From an uncultured Candidatus Actinomarina sp. (GTDB lineage: Bacteria > Actinomycetota > Acidimicrobiia > Actinomarinales > Actinomarinaceae), in assembly GCA_902526825.1 (NCBI GenBank), contig CABZMN010000001.1:139042-203041 (forward strand): a stretch of 64,000 nucleotides of DNA, read 5' to 3'. The number at the start of each line of letters is the position of its first letter. Position 1 is the stretch's first letter. The position numbers and the translations under genes were made by a program. The notes beneath the pieces are model-generated. The model searched no databases. It was not told where the DNA came from and worked only from the letters and a program-made list of their open reading frames with translations. Of the stretch, positions 51,154-60,568 are shown in pieces.

Positions 51154-51624
51154 ATGTTAATTGGTCATGGTTGGGATTTACACCAACATTCAGAAAACAA
51201 AACTTTAAAACTTGGTGGTGTCAATTTTGACGAACAGGGATTTGAAGGACATTCTGATGGAGATATTCTTCTACACGCACTTTGTGATGCATTATTAGGA
51301 GCAACTGGAAAAAAAGACTTGGGTCATTATTTTCCATCTAATGAATCTACGCCAAAAGATATTCCAAGTACAGATATTTTGTCAGAGATTTTAAATGTTG
51401 TTGAATATGAGAAATTTATATTATCAAATGTGGACATAACAATTATCACTCAAACATTTAACGTTCAAGATAAAGCAGTGAAGGTTCAAAATAATTTGTC
51501 AAAACTACTTAAGGTTCCTGTTGAAAAAATAAATATTAAAGGAAAATCCACAGATGATTATGGAATAATTGGAGACCAAAAAGCTTCATTAGCGATAGTA
51601 AGCTTGTTATTAGAGAATGCTTAA
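51154..51624 (+). CDS. ispF: 2-C-methyl-D-erythritol 2,4-cyclodiphosphate synthase
   Basis: 156 aa. 'GHGWDLHQ' and 'GHSDGDILLHALCDALLGA' are the zinc and substrate motifs. Confidence 0.85.
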   Translation: MLIGHGWDLHQHSENKTLKLGGVNFDEQGFEGHSDGDILLHALCDALLGATGKKDLGHYFPSNESTPKDIPSTDILSEILNVVEYEKFILSNVDITIITQTFNVQDKAVKVQNNLSKLLKVPVEKINIKGKSTDDYGIIGDQKASLAIVSLLLENA

Positions 51625-53014
51625 ATTATATAATTCACTTACTAAAAAACAGGAAGAAATAAAGATAGATCAAGATGATGTAAGGATCTATCTTTGTGGA
51701 CCAACTGTCCAATCATCTCCTCATCTAGGACATGGAAGATCAGCTGTAGTATTCGATTTTTTTATAAGGTACCTTAAGTATTTAAATTATTCAGTATTAT
51801 TTGCAAGAAATATCACAGATATAGATGATAAAATAATCGAAAAATCACAGGAAAAAAATGTAAGTTATCGTGAACTTGGAGATAATGTTTGGAAAGAGTT
51901 TGTTTTAGCCCATGAAAACCTCAATTGTTTGGTTCCTGATATTGAACCAAGGGCCACAGATTATATTCCTGAAATTATCAAATATATTGAACAGCTAGTT
52001 CAAAATGGGTTTGGTTATATTACAAGTTCTGGGGTTTATTATGAAGTCTCAAAATTTGAGGAATATCTTGAGTTATCAGGGAGAAGCATTGAGGATGTAA
52101 GGACTGGTACAAGGGTTGAAACAGAAGATGATAAAAAAAAATCGGAAGACTTTGCTTTATGGAAATTTTCTAAAGAAAATGAACCATTTTGGGATTCTCC
52201 TTGGGGAAATGGTCGACCAGGATGGCATATAGAATGTTCAACAATGATTAGTGAAACATTAGGTAAAACAATCGACTTTCATTGTGGAGGAATCGATCTA
52301 ATTTTTCCACATCATGAAAATGAGATTGCTCAATCTAAAGGTGTTTATATTAATGAGAATTTTGCAAACTATTGGCTACACAATGGAATGTTGAACCTTT
52401 CAGGAAAAAAAATGTCAAAATCAGACGGAAATGTGAAATTACTTAATGAATATATTGATGAATATGGTGGAGATGTTGTTAGATTCTTTTTTTTGAGAGC
52501 CCATTACAGGAGTCCACAAGAATTTAGCGAGCAGTTGCTTATAGAGACAAAAAAAACTTTGAACAACTTAGTTGAATTTACAAAAAATGTTGTCGCAGAA
52601 CCGAATGATAATGATACAGTTGATATTTTCATTAAATGTATGAATGATGATATGAATACTCCAAAGCTTCTCGGAGAAATTTTTGAGAAAATAAAAGATA
52701 CAAGTAATTTAGATAAAGAAAATACATTAAAAATTAGACAAACAGTGAAATTCATATTTGAAATTCTTGGATTTGAACTAAATACTTCAAAACAAAACAT
52801 AGTAGAAGAAAAATTATTATCTAAATTTTTTGCAAAATATGGTATTCAATTTAATGATATCGAATCTGCAATGAGTGAGTTTTCACTTAAAAGGGAAGAC
52901 TTTAGATCAAACAAGAAATATGGTGAAGCTGACAAAATGAGGGAAGATTTATTAGAGATTGGAATAGTCATGAATGATGGTGAAAATGTCGGATGGTATT
53001 GGAAAAATAGTTGA
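51617..53014 (+). CDS. cysS: Cysteinyl-tRNA synthetase
   Basis: 465 aa. 'YLCGPTVQSSPHLGHGRS' (HIGH) and 'KMSKSDGN' (KMSKS). 8-bp overlap with ispF. Confidence 0.9.
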   Translation: MLKLYNSLTKKQEEIKIDQDDVRIYLCGPTVQSSPHLGHGRSAVVFDFFIRYLKYLNYSVLFARNITDIDDKIIEKSQEKNVSYRELGDNVWKEFVLAHENLNCLVPDIEPRATDYIPEIIKYIEQLVQNGFGYITSSGVYYEVSKFEEYLELSGRSIEDVRTGTRVETEDDKKKSEDFALWKFSKENEPFWDSPWGNGRPGWHIECSTMISETLGKTIDFHCGGIDLIFPHHENEIAQSKGVYINENFANYWLHNGMLNLSGKKMSKSDGNVKLLNEYIDEYGGDVVRFFFLRAHYRSPQEFSEQLLIETKKTLNNLVEFTKNVVAEPNDNDTVDIFIKCMNDDMNTPKLLGEIFEKIKDTSNLDKENTLKIRQTVKFIFEILGFELNTSKQNIVEEKLLSKFFAKYGIQFNDIESAMSEFSLKREDFRSNKKYGEADKMREDLLEIGIVMNDGENVGWYWKNS

Positions 53015-53705
53015 AGGTTATAATTCTGTAATTTCTGCACTAGAAAATAACAGAGTCTTAGAACTAGTAACTCTAGAAAAGAATATAAATTCAAAAAAAG
53101 TTCAAGACTTAATAAAAATTGCTCAACAAAAAAAAGCAAAAGTCACAAACATCAAAAGTAAAAATGAGTGGAAATTTACTTCAACAGAATATGTAGTCGC
53201 ATTGTGTAAACCCAAAAAAATATATAATGAGTCAGATTTAAAAAAATTTAACACCACAAACTTTATAGTATGTGACCACATTCAAGACACAAATAATCTT
53301 GGTGCTATTGCTCGTTCAGCTGCATCATTTGATTTTAATGTGATGTGTATCCCAGAAAGAAGATCAGCACGATTAAGTGAGAGAACTTTTAAGATTTCCT
53401 CTGGTGGATTAGAGAAAATAGATATTTTAGAATACAAATCAATTTTTAGTTTATTAAAGAAATTTCAATATTTAGATATTTGGACAATAGGGTTGGACAT
53501 GTATGGAGTAACCGATATACAAAGTTTAGATTTAGGACGTCAGAACTTGGCCTTTTTTATTGGGTCAGAGGAAAAAGGATTGAGCCATGAAATCAAAAAC
53601 AAACTTGATAATGTTGTAAGAATCCAAATGTCAAAAGATATAGAGTCTTTAAATGTTTCAGTTGCCGCTGGTATAGCAATGCAACATATATTTATAAAAA
53701 AATAA
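52974..53705 (+). CDS. SpoU/TrmH-family RNA 2'-O-methyltransferase (RlmB-like)
   Basis: 243 aa. N-terminal 'IVEGYNSVISALEN' and C-terminal SPOUT motifs 'IGSEEKGLS' and 'LNVSVAAGIAM'. Positioned after cysS as in Mycobacterium. It overlaps the cysS 3' end by ~40 bp, so the true start may be the ATG at 52986. Confidence 0.7.
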   Translation: MMVKMSDGIGKIVEGYNSVISALENNRVLELVTLEKNINSKKVQDLIKIAQQKKAKVTNIKSKNEWKFTSTEYVVALCKPKKIYNESDLKKFNTTNFIVCDHIQDTNNLGAIARSAASFDFNVMCIPERRSARLSERTFKISSGGLEKIDILEYKSIFSLLKKFQYLDIWTIGLDMYGVTDIQSLDLGRQNLAFFIGSEEKGLSHEIKNKLDNVVRIQMSKDIESLNVSVAAGIAMQHIFIKK

Positions 53706-53742
53706 TTTTTTCAACTTTGATGTTTGCTAATATTTAACTATT

Positions 53743-53815
53743 CGCCGGAGTAGCTCAGTGGTAGAGCAGCCGCCTTGTAAGCGGCAGGTCAGGGGTTCAA
53801 CTCCCCTCTCCGGCT
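53743..53815 (+). tRNA. tRNA-Thr (anticodon UGU)
   Basis: GCCGGAGTAGCTCAGTGGTAGAGCAGCCGCCTTGTAAGCGGCAGGTCAGGGGTTCAACTCCCCTCTCCGGCT. Anticodon stem GCCGC/GCGGC, loop CTTGTAA. Confidence 0.85.
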
Positions 53816-53819
53816 CAAA

Positions 53820-54665
53820 TTGAATTATTATCAAAATACAATCAGGTTTACTCTGTATTTATTGTTGCTGGCACAAATCACATTCTATTTTTTAGGCTAT
53901 CTTCGTCCCTCAATAATTTATGACTATATTGATTATTGGCCTATTACGATATTGCCGATTCTGTTAATTACTATCTTTAGAAGGGCTTCTTTTTATGAAT
54001 TGCTAAGAAATATAGTAAATATTTTTTTGATATTTGTTATTTTGATTTTTTCATTTGGACATTTATTTGATTCGAAATTTTTAACTACTTATAAGTATGA
54101 TTCTTTTTTTCAAAATGACGAATTAAGTTCTGATTTTAACTACTCATTATTGATTGACTTTGATGGAGAAGTAAATCTTAACAGTTTTCAGGGTAGGGGC
54201 TACACAGCTGAAATAATTGATGAACCAGGAAATGTTGGTTATCCAGAATCAATAGAGACCGTTCTTGGAGAACCTAGAGCCATTATATTTAGAGAGATAG
54301 AAACCAGTAGTTTATTAAAAGTAAAAGGGTGGAATATAAACTTAGGTAATCAAAATGTTTGGGAACTAGATATTTTTTCACTAGATTCATTTATCAATTT
54401 AACTGACCTCAAATTATTACCCTCAAAACTATCAGGTACTGGAGAAATATTTTTAGGTCCTAATCTCGAGATTGACAATCTTTCTTTGAGTGGAAACTAT
54501 GAAGTAACAGTACCAAATGACTTATCTATACTCGTAAAGGGTCAGGCACAGGTGCCTAATCAATGGCTAGACGCCAGTGTTGGGAATCTAAATAATCCTG
54601 ATAAAACCTATACTGTTGTAATTGAAATTATTGATGGTTCCCAAGTAATATTTAAGGATGGATAA
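53820..54665 (+). CDS. Hypothetical membrane-anchored protein with extracytoplasmic domain
   Basis: 281 aa. Three N-terminal hydrophobic helices, then a ~190 aa soluble domain. The frame contains no internal Met, and the track start is a TTG 5 nt after the tRNA, so the real start is probably a downstream TTG/CTG/GTG. No recognisable family. Confidence 0.35.
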   Translation: MNYYQNTIRFTLYLLLLAQITFYFLGYLRPSIIYDYIDYWPITILPILLITIFRRASFYELLRNIVNIFLIFVILIFSFGHLFDSKFLTTYKYDSFFQNDELSSDFNYSLLIDFDGEVNLNSFQGRGYTAEIIDEPGNVGYPESIETVLGEPRAIIFREIETSSLLKVKGWNINLGNQNVWELDIFSLDSFINLTDLKLLPSKLSGTGEIFLGPNLEIDNLSLSGNYEVTVPNDLSILVKGQAQVPNQWLDASVGNLNNPDKTYTVVIEIIDGSQVIFKDG

Positions 54666-54671
54666 AACATT

Positions 54672-55589
54672 ATGATTGAACAGTTTGGCAATGGACTATT
54701 GCTTGGAATAATTATTTCTGTAGCTTCAGTTGCACTTTCTTTGCTTTATGGAGTAACTAGAATAGTAAATTTTGCTCATGGAGAAATTATTGCATTAGGT
54801 GCAATCATGACACTTTTTTTCTCAAACCCTATCGACTCAAGAGTGTTATTTTTAGATAGATATTCTCCGTTAGGGATGAACTTTACATTTTCAATTATTA
54901 TCTCAATAATTATTTGTGGGATTTTTGGTGGTTTATTAGAAATATTTTTGTTTAAACCTTTACGCAAATCTGAGGTAGGAAATATTGCTGTTCTTGTTGT
55001 AACAATTGGACTTTCAATATTTTTTAGACATATATATTTATTATTTGCTACAGGAAAAGTTCAGAACTTCCCCTTAGAGCTTGAAAGGAGACAAACATAT
55101 CTTTTTTTTGATATGACACCAAGGAATTTTCAAGTTTTAATTGCAGGGTTGGCTGTGATGATATTTATTGGCTTGTTTTTGTCATATACAAAAATTGGTA
55201 AAGCAATGAGAGCTGTCCGAGATTCAAATGAACTAGCAAGTATATCGGGTATAAATTCTGACAATATAATTTTATTTACATGGGTTTCATCGAGTATGCT
55301 TGCGGGATTAGCCGGAATTTTTCAAGCAATCATAAATGATGTTAGATACAACATGGGCTTTTTGATTCTTTTACTAATTTTTGCAGGAACCGTATTAGGT
55401 GGCATTGGTACATCTTTTGGTGCAATGGTTGGAGGTTTATTAATTGGAATATTTGTACAGGTTTCAGTTGCTTTACCTTTCATGGAAGGACACACTGAAG
55501 CGAAAAATGCAGTTGCTTTAGCAATAATGATTTTGATTTTACTTTTTAGGCCTCAAGGTATTTTTGGACAGAAGGAAAGAATATCTTGA
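54672..55589 (+). CDS. livH: Branched-chain amino acid ABC transporter permease
   Basis: 305 aa polytopic LivH-type permease. Confidence 0.8.
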   Translation: MIEQFGNGLLLGIIISVASVALSLLYGVTRIVNFAHGEIIALGAIMTLFFSNPIDSRVLFLDRYSPLGMNFTFSIIISIIICGIFGGLLEIFLFKPLRKSEVGNIAVLVVTIGLSIFFRHIYLLFATGKVQNFPLELERRQTYLFFDMTPRNFQVLIAGLAVMIFIGLFLSYTKIGKAMRAVRDSNELASISGINSDNIILFTWVSSSMLAGLAGIFQAIINDVRYNMGFLILLLIFAGTVLGGIGTSFGAMVGGLLIGIFVQVSVALPFMEGHTEAKNAVALAIMILILLFRPQGIFGQKERIS

Positions 55590-56647
55590 AGGTTTCTATG
55601 AAATTTTTAATTACATTAGTACTTACTGCTGGATCAATTTATCTGGTTTTTGTGTTGAACGATGAAGGACCGTTTAGGATATTATTTAATTTATTAACCT
55701 TTGCAGGTATATATGGTTTGGCGGCAATTGGATTAAATGTTCACTTTGGTCTAACCGGTTTATTAAATTTTGGTCATGCATCATTTATGGGTGTCGGTGC
55801 TTACGTAACTTTACTTTTAATTCCTCATGCTGCAGGTAGAGAAGGAGAAATTACCGATACAGGATTAGCTTTTTTACCTGCATTAATTATTGGTATTATT
55901 GCAGCCGCACTTTTTGGATTGTTATTGGGATTACCAGCTATCAGGTTAAGAGGTGATTATTTAGCTATTGTTACTATTGCGGCTGCTGAGATATTCAGAT
56001 TGCTAGTACGAGACTTAGAATCAGTAACTGGTGGTGTCTACGGAATTATAAATTTCTCAGACTCACTTCAAATGTATCGTCCTAATTTTGTAGAAAATTT
56101 TGCTGAAAATTTTAAATTAAACTCTTCACAGTTATGGGTAGGATTATTATCTTGGATTTCAATTTTTTTTGTTTTGCTTTTACTTAAGAGATTGACAAAC
56201 TCTCCATGGGGAAGAGCATTAAGAGCTGTAAGAGAGGATGAGGATGCAGTCAGAGCATTAGGTAAAAATGCTGTATGGTTGAAACTTCAAAGCTTTATGC
56301 TTGGGGCAGGTATTGCAGGGTTGGCAGGAGTATTTCTTGCATTTAATTATGGGTCCCTTCAAACCACAACATTTGTTCCATTATTAACATTTTATGTTTG
56401 GGCAATTATGATACTTGGAGGAGTTGGAAGCTTGACTGGTCCAATATTTGGTTCAATTATTTTCTGGGTCATTATTTCAGAAACAGATAGGTTAGCTTTA
56501 CTGATATTTGAAAATGCAAATGGCCAACAATTAGCTGGAGTTCGCTTTGTTTTAGTAGGTTTACTCATTATGTTTTTAATGATTTTTAGACCTAGTGGAT
56601 TATTAGGAAAGAAAGAAGAGTTACTTCTTGATGTTAAAAGTTCATAA
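55586..56647 (+). CDS. livM: Branched-chain amino acid ABC transporter permease
   Basis: 353 aa LivM-type permease. 4-bp overlap with livH. Confidence 0.8.
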   Translation: MKVSMKFLITLVLTAGSIYLVFVLNDEGPFRILFNLLTFAGIYGLAAIGLNVHFGLTGLLNFGHASFMGVGAYVTLLLIPHAAGREGEITDTGLAFLPALIIGIIAAALFGLLLGLPAIRLRGDYLAIVTIAAAEIFRLLVRDLESVTGGVYGIINFSDSLQMYRPNFVENFAENFKLNSSQLWVGLLSWISIFFVLLLLKRLTNSPWGRALRAVREDEDAVRALGKNAVWLKLQSFMLGAGIAGLAGVFLAFNYGSLQTTTFVPLLTFYVWAIMILGGVGSLTGPIFGSIIFWVIISETDRLALLIFENANGQQLAGVRFVLVGLLIMFLMIFRPSGLLGKKEELLLDVKSS

Positions 56648-57389
56648 TTTAAAGAAAAGCTTTGGTGGGGTAAAAGCCGTTGATATAGATGAAATATTTT
56701 TTGAACAAAATCAATTAACATCAATAATTGGGCCAAATGGAGCAGGAAAAACAACATTTTTTGATTTAATTTCAGGATTTACAGAAGGAGACAAGGGTAA
56801 AGTTTTTCTCAATGATAAGAATATAACAAACAGCCAACCATATAGAATTGCTCGAGAAGGTATGGTTCGAACATTTCAATTAACAAAAGTTTTTGACAGA
56901 ATGACAGTAGTTGAAAATATGATGTTCTCAGGCTCAGATTTAAAAAATGATTCATTATTTAGTTCATTTATGCAACTGCCAGCTCAAAAAAAGAAAGAAA
57001 ACTTATTAAGAAAAAAAGCTTTCGATATCATGAAAGACTTGAACATTGATCATATGGCAGATTCTTATGCAAGGGAATTATCTGGAGGACAGAAAAAGTT
57101 ACTAGAGTTAGGAAGATCGATTATTAATGAACCAAGCATTCTCCTTTTGGATGAACCATTAGCTGGTGTAAATCCAAAATTAGCTGAAGAAATATTATCT
57201 ATAATTCAAAAATTATCAGACAGCGGTATAACAATCCTAATGGTTGAGCACAACATTGAGGCAGTGATGAAAATTTCGGATCGGGTAGTAGTTTTGGCAG
57301 AAGGAGCCGTAATAGCCGACGGTAGCCCAGAAAATGTTCGTAAAGATGACAAAGTTATCGAAGCTTATTTAGGATCGGGCAATGAATAA
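56628..57389 (+). CDS. livG: Branched-chain amino acid ABC transporter ATP-binding protein
   Basis: 253 aa. Walker A 'GPNGAGKTTFF' and signature 'LSGGQKKLLELGR'. Confidence 0.85.
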   Translation: MMLKVHNLKKSFGGVKAVDIDEIFFEQNQLTSIIGPNGAGKTTFFDLISGFTEGDKGKVFLNDKNITNSQPYRIAREGMVRTFQLTKVFDRMTVVENMMFSGSDLKNDSLFSSFMQLPAQKKKENLLRKKAFDIMKDLNIDHMADSYARELSGGQKKLLELGRSIINEPSILLLDEPLAGVNPKLAEEILSIIQKLSDSGITILMVEHNIEAVMKISDRVVVLAEGAVIADGSPENVRKDDKVIEAYLGSGNE

Positions 57390-58098
57390 ACCTGTTTTAG
57401 AGTGTAATGGAATTGCAGCAGGATATGTAAAGGGACTGAATATTCTTCAAGGCGTTGATTTAGTAATAAATGAAAAAGAGATCGTATCAATCATTGGACC
57501 AAATGGTGCAGGTAAATCAACCCTATTAAAAGCAATTATGGGAATAATTAATATTTCAGCTGGTAGGTTTTTTATCAACGGTGTTGAAAAAACTGACACA
57601 TCTACACACAAAATTGTTGAACAGGGTGTTGCATATGTTCCACAAGTAGAAAATGTATTTCCTTCTTTGACAATTGAGGAAAATATTGAAATAGGATCTT
57701 GGACAGTAAATAAAAATAAAAAGGAAACAATTTCTCAAACATTAGAACAATTCTCATTATTAAAAGATAGAAGAAAAGAAAAGGCAGGAAACTTATCAGG
57801 TGGGCAAAGACAAATTCTTGCTCTGGCAAGAGCATTAGTAACATCTCCATCGTTGTTGCTTCTTGATGAACCATCAGCAGGTTTATCTCCTGTGGCGATA
57901 GAAGAAGTGTTTGAAACAGTTAAAGAAATAAATGATAAAGGTGTTGCAATCCTTTTAGTTGAGCAAAATGCAAAAAGAGCACTTAATTTTAGCAATCGAG
58001 GTTATGTGCTTGATCAAGGAAGAAACGCATATCAAGGTCAAGGAGACGAACTTCTTAATGACCCAAGAGTAGTTGACTTATATTTAGGAAAGCTCTAA
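57382..58098 (+). CDS. livF: Branched-chain amino acid ABC transporter ATP-binding protein
   Basis: 238 aa. Walker A 'GPNGAGKSTLLK' and signature 'LSGGQRQILALAR'. Confidence 0.85.
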   Translation: MNKPVLECNGIAAGYVKGLNILQGVDLVINEKEIVSIIGPNGAGKSTLLKAIMGIINISAGRFFINGVEKTDTSTHKIVEQGVAYVPQVENVFPSLTIEENIEIGSWTVNKNKKETISQTLEQFSLLKDRRKEKAGNLSGGQRQILALARALVTSPSLLLLDEPSAGLSPVAIEEVFETVKEINDKGVAILLVEQNAKRALNFSNRGYVLDQGRNAYQGQGDELLNDPRVVDLYLGKL

Positions 58099-58100
58099 AA

Positions 58101-58131
58101 AAAAGAGCCTGTCATTGACAGGCTCTTCTAA
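58101..58131. terminator. Bidirectional intrinsic terminator between convergent livF and the Liv substrate-binding gene
   Basis: AAAAAAAAGAGCCTGTCAttgACAGGCTCTTCTAAAATTT is a ~11-bp GC-containing stem with a short loop. It is flanked by an A8 tract (a U8 tract for the minus-strand transcript) and a T-rich tail. Confidence 0.6.
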
Positions 58132-58144
58132 AATTTAATTAATT

Positions 58145-59440
58145 TTATGATCCAAAATCTACTGATTTTAGAACTGGGTTAGTGTCACCTTCTGTTGTCC
58201 AAATGTCATATGTAGCAGCAGTTGGGTCACCAGCTTGATTTAATTCAATCTCACCGGAAGCTCCAACATAGTCTACATCAACACCGTCAGCAGCTAGTGC
58301 AATACAGCTAACTCCAATACATTTTTCTCCACCAGATGATGATTCTACTAGTCCTGAAGCAATTTCAGGTCCAGTAACACCATTTGCAGCAGCAGATATT
58401 GCCATCAACATGACAGCATCATATGCTTGCGGAGCAAAAATAAATGTTGGCGATCCATCAGCACTTACTCCTGCATAAGCAGCTTCAAAAGCATCTTTTG
58501 CTTCTCCAGCTGCAGAACCAGGTGCAGTACCTTTAAATCCATCAAGTGCGGTACCAAGTCCACATAATGATGCAAGACCAGCATCTTTAACACCGTCGGT
58601 CATGTACCAAGGTGAATCTAGTAATCCTTGCTCGAAAGCAGGTTGTAATACTCCACAACCAGTTTCAGGGAACAAGATACCAACAATAGCGTCAGCAGCA
58701 CCTTTACCTAAGGCTGTTACTTCTGCACTAAAGTCTGAAGCATCTGTAGCGTGATAAACAATTGTCTTAACTGTTCCACCTTGAGCTTCAAACGCAGCAG
58801 CAGTAGCTTCTGCTAGACCTCTACCATAAGAGTCTGCTCTTGAAATAATTGAAACTGATCCAACACCATCTTCAACAAGTAATGATGCTAAAACATCACC
58901 CTGTAAAAGATCTGAAGGAGCAGTTCTTGCATAAAATCCTTTTTTATCCATTTTGGTAAATTGAGGACTTGTGTTTGATGGAGATACCATTACAACCTCT
59001 GCAGCAATTGCAGTGTCAAGAATTGCTAAAGAAGTACCACTACATGCAGCACCCATAACACCTTGTGCACCTTGTGCAATTACATCATTGAGACTTGTTA
59101 AGGCTACGGCTCCATCACAACCACTGTCGCCTTCTATTAAGACAACATCTTGGCCGTTAATACCGCCAGCAGCATTTATTTGCTGTACAGCGAGAGCAGC
59201 TCCTAGTGCAATACCAGGTCCTAGAGATGCCAGATCACCAGATAGAGGCATCAATGATGCCAATACAAGTGGGTCACCCGCAGGAGCAGCTGTAGTAGCA
59301 GGAGCGGCTGTTGTTGCAGGAGCTTCAGTAGTTTCAACTACTTCTTCTACATCATCAGATCCGCCAGATCCTGAACCACCACAGGCAGCAGCGACAAGCG
59401 CTAAAACCGCAAACAAAGCTAGAGCTTTGCGATTTCTCAT
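58145..59440 (-). CDS. Branched-chain amino acid ABC transporter substrate-binding lipoprotein (LivK/LivJ type)
   Basis: 431 aa. Signal peptide plus lipobox 'LVAAACGGS', an acidic 'TTAAPATTAAPA' tether, and a type-I periplasmic binding fold. It is extremely Ala/Gly-rich and Lys/Asn/Ile-poor, and the gene is visibly GC-richer than its neighbours. Confidence 0.8.
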   Translation of the reverse strand: MRNRKALALFAVLALVAAACGGSGSGGSDDVEEVVETTEAPATTAAPATTAAPAGDPLVLASLMPLSGDLASLGPGIALGAALAVQQINAAGGINGQDVVLIEGDSGCDGAVALTSLNDVIAQGAQGVMGAACSGTSLAILDTAIAAEVVMVSPSNTSPQFTKMDKKGFYARTAPSDLLQGDVLASLLVEDGVGSVSIISRADSYGRGLAEATAAAFEAQGGTVKTIVYHATDASDFSAEVTALGKGAADAIVGILFPETGCGVLQPAFEQGLLDSPWYMTDGVKDAGLASLCGLGTALDGFKGTAPGSAAGEAKDAFEAAYAGVSADGSPTFIFAPQAYDAVMLMAISAAANGVTGPEIASGLVESSSGGEKCIGVSCIALAADGVDVDYVGASGEIELNQAGDPTAATYDIWTTEGDTNPVLKSVDFGS

Positions 59441-59491
59441 ATAATTTCCTTTCAGTCACTGAAATTAAAAAATTCCTACATATTTGTAGGA

Positions 59492-60568
59492 ATGTATAAC
59501 AACAATAGCGTAATTTGTGTACTCTTCAATAGCAGAAGCAAAAAATTTAAAAAAATGGTTGAAAATTTAGAAAATTTGTTACTTTTTCTTAATAAATTAG
59601 ATTATTTAGACATATTTATATATATCTTTATTGTTTATCTTATTTATTTTGGATGGAAAAAAGGCTCTGTATTAATAATTTATTATTTGATAGCTTTTCT
59701 TATATCAATCTATTTAAGTTTCACTTATTCCTTTTCAATTGGTGAATATATAAGTGGCTGGCTAAATTCCAACCAGCAAACTTCACAAATTCTTGCAGGT
59801 GTCGCAATATTCATTACAATCTTGACATTAAGTTCGATTTTTCAAAATTTAATTTACAGGGAGGGAACAAAAAAAGATATAGGAAATAAGTTATTAGGAA
59901 GCATTACCTCAATTGTTTTGAGCAATTTAGTTCTTACATTTATATTTACAATTTTATCTCTTCTTTCCTTACCAAAATATGTACAAGAAAATATTGATCA
60001 ATCAAATATTGTATCGTTTTATCTGAATTCTGAAGGAGTACCCCAACAAACACTCGAAGTTATTACAGGAACAGATTTATTAAAAGTTACTTCAAGAATT
60101 AAAGAGCTGACAGGCAGCACCTCTATTTCGTTAGATGAATCAGGATGTCTTGAAATCCCTTCTTTTACTCAATCAAAATTAATTTCCAAAACAAGTGAAA
60201 CTAATGAGTTGTTTGAAATGGTTAATATCGAAAGAATAAATGTAAATTCTGATCCATTAGAGTTCTCTCAAACATTATCAAATATTGCAGAAAACTATGC
60301 AAAAAAAATGTACACAGAGGGTTTTTGGTGTCACAAAGATCCAAACAATGGATATTTAGTAACTGAAAGATTTTTAGAATTTGGTTATCCACCTCCAAAG
60401 TTTATTGGTGAAAATTTAGCAATGGCATCAACAATTTATTCTGGTCATCAAAGCCTAATGAATTCTGAATCACATAAAGCGACAATAATAGATAATGAAT
60501 TTAAACGAATTGGTATTGGAATAATGTCTGGTCCAAATGGTTTAATTATTGTTCAAATATTTGCATGA
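59492..60568 (+). CDS. CvpA-family membrane domain fused to CAP/SCP (YkwD-like) extracytoplasmic domain
   Basis: 358 aa. The N-terminal ~150 aa form 4 TM helices ('colicin V production'-like). The C-terminus 'NIAENYAKKMYTEGFWCHKDPNNGY...GENLAMAS...SLMNSESHKATIIDNEFKRIGIGI' resembles a CAP/PR-1 domain. The real start is likely the internal Met at 59555 ('MVENLENL'). Confidence 0.55.
   Translation: MYNNNSVICVLFNSRSKKFKKMVENLENLLLFLNKLDYLDIFIYIFIVYLIYFGWKKGSVLIIYYLIAFLISIYLSFTYSFSIGEYISGWLNSNQQTSQILAGVAIFITILTLSSIFQNLIYREGTKKDIGNKLLGSITSIVLSNLVLTFIFTILSLLSLPKYVQENIDQSNIVSFYLNSEGVPQQTLEVITGTDLLKVTSRIKELTGSTSISLDESGCLEIPSFTQSKLISKTSETNELFEMVNIERINVNSDPLEFSQTLSNIAENYAKKMYTEGFWCHKDPNNGYLVTERFLEFGYPPPKFIGENLAMASTIYSGHQSLMNSESHKATIIDNEFKRIGIGIMSGPNGLIIVQIFA

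Noticed and set aside
58971-59444. 157-aa Pro/Ala/Ser-rich plus-strand ORF, and similar antisense ORFs at 43891..44259, 19619..20152, 17225..17554
   Set aside because: These are antisense frames of GC-rich, Ala/Gly-rich membrane or secreted protein genes. Their biased composition (poly-Ala/Pro/Ser) is the expected mirror of the sense-strand codons, not independent genes.
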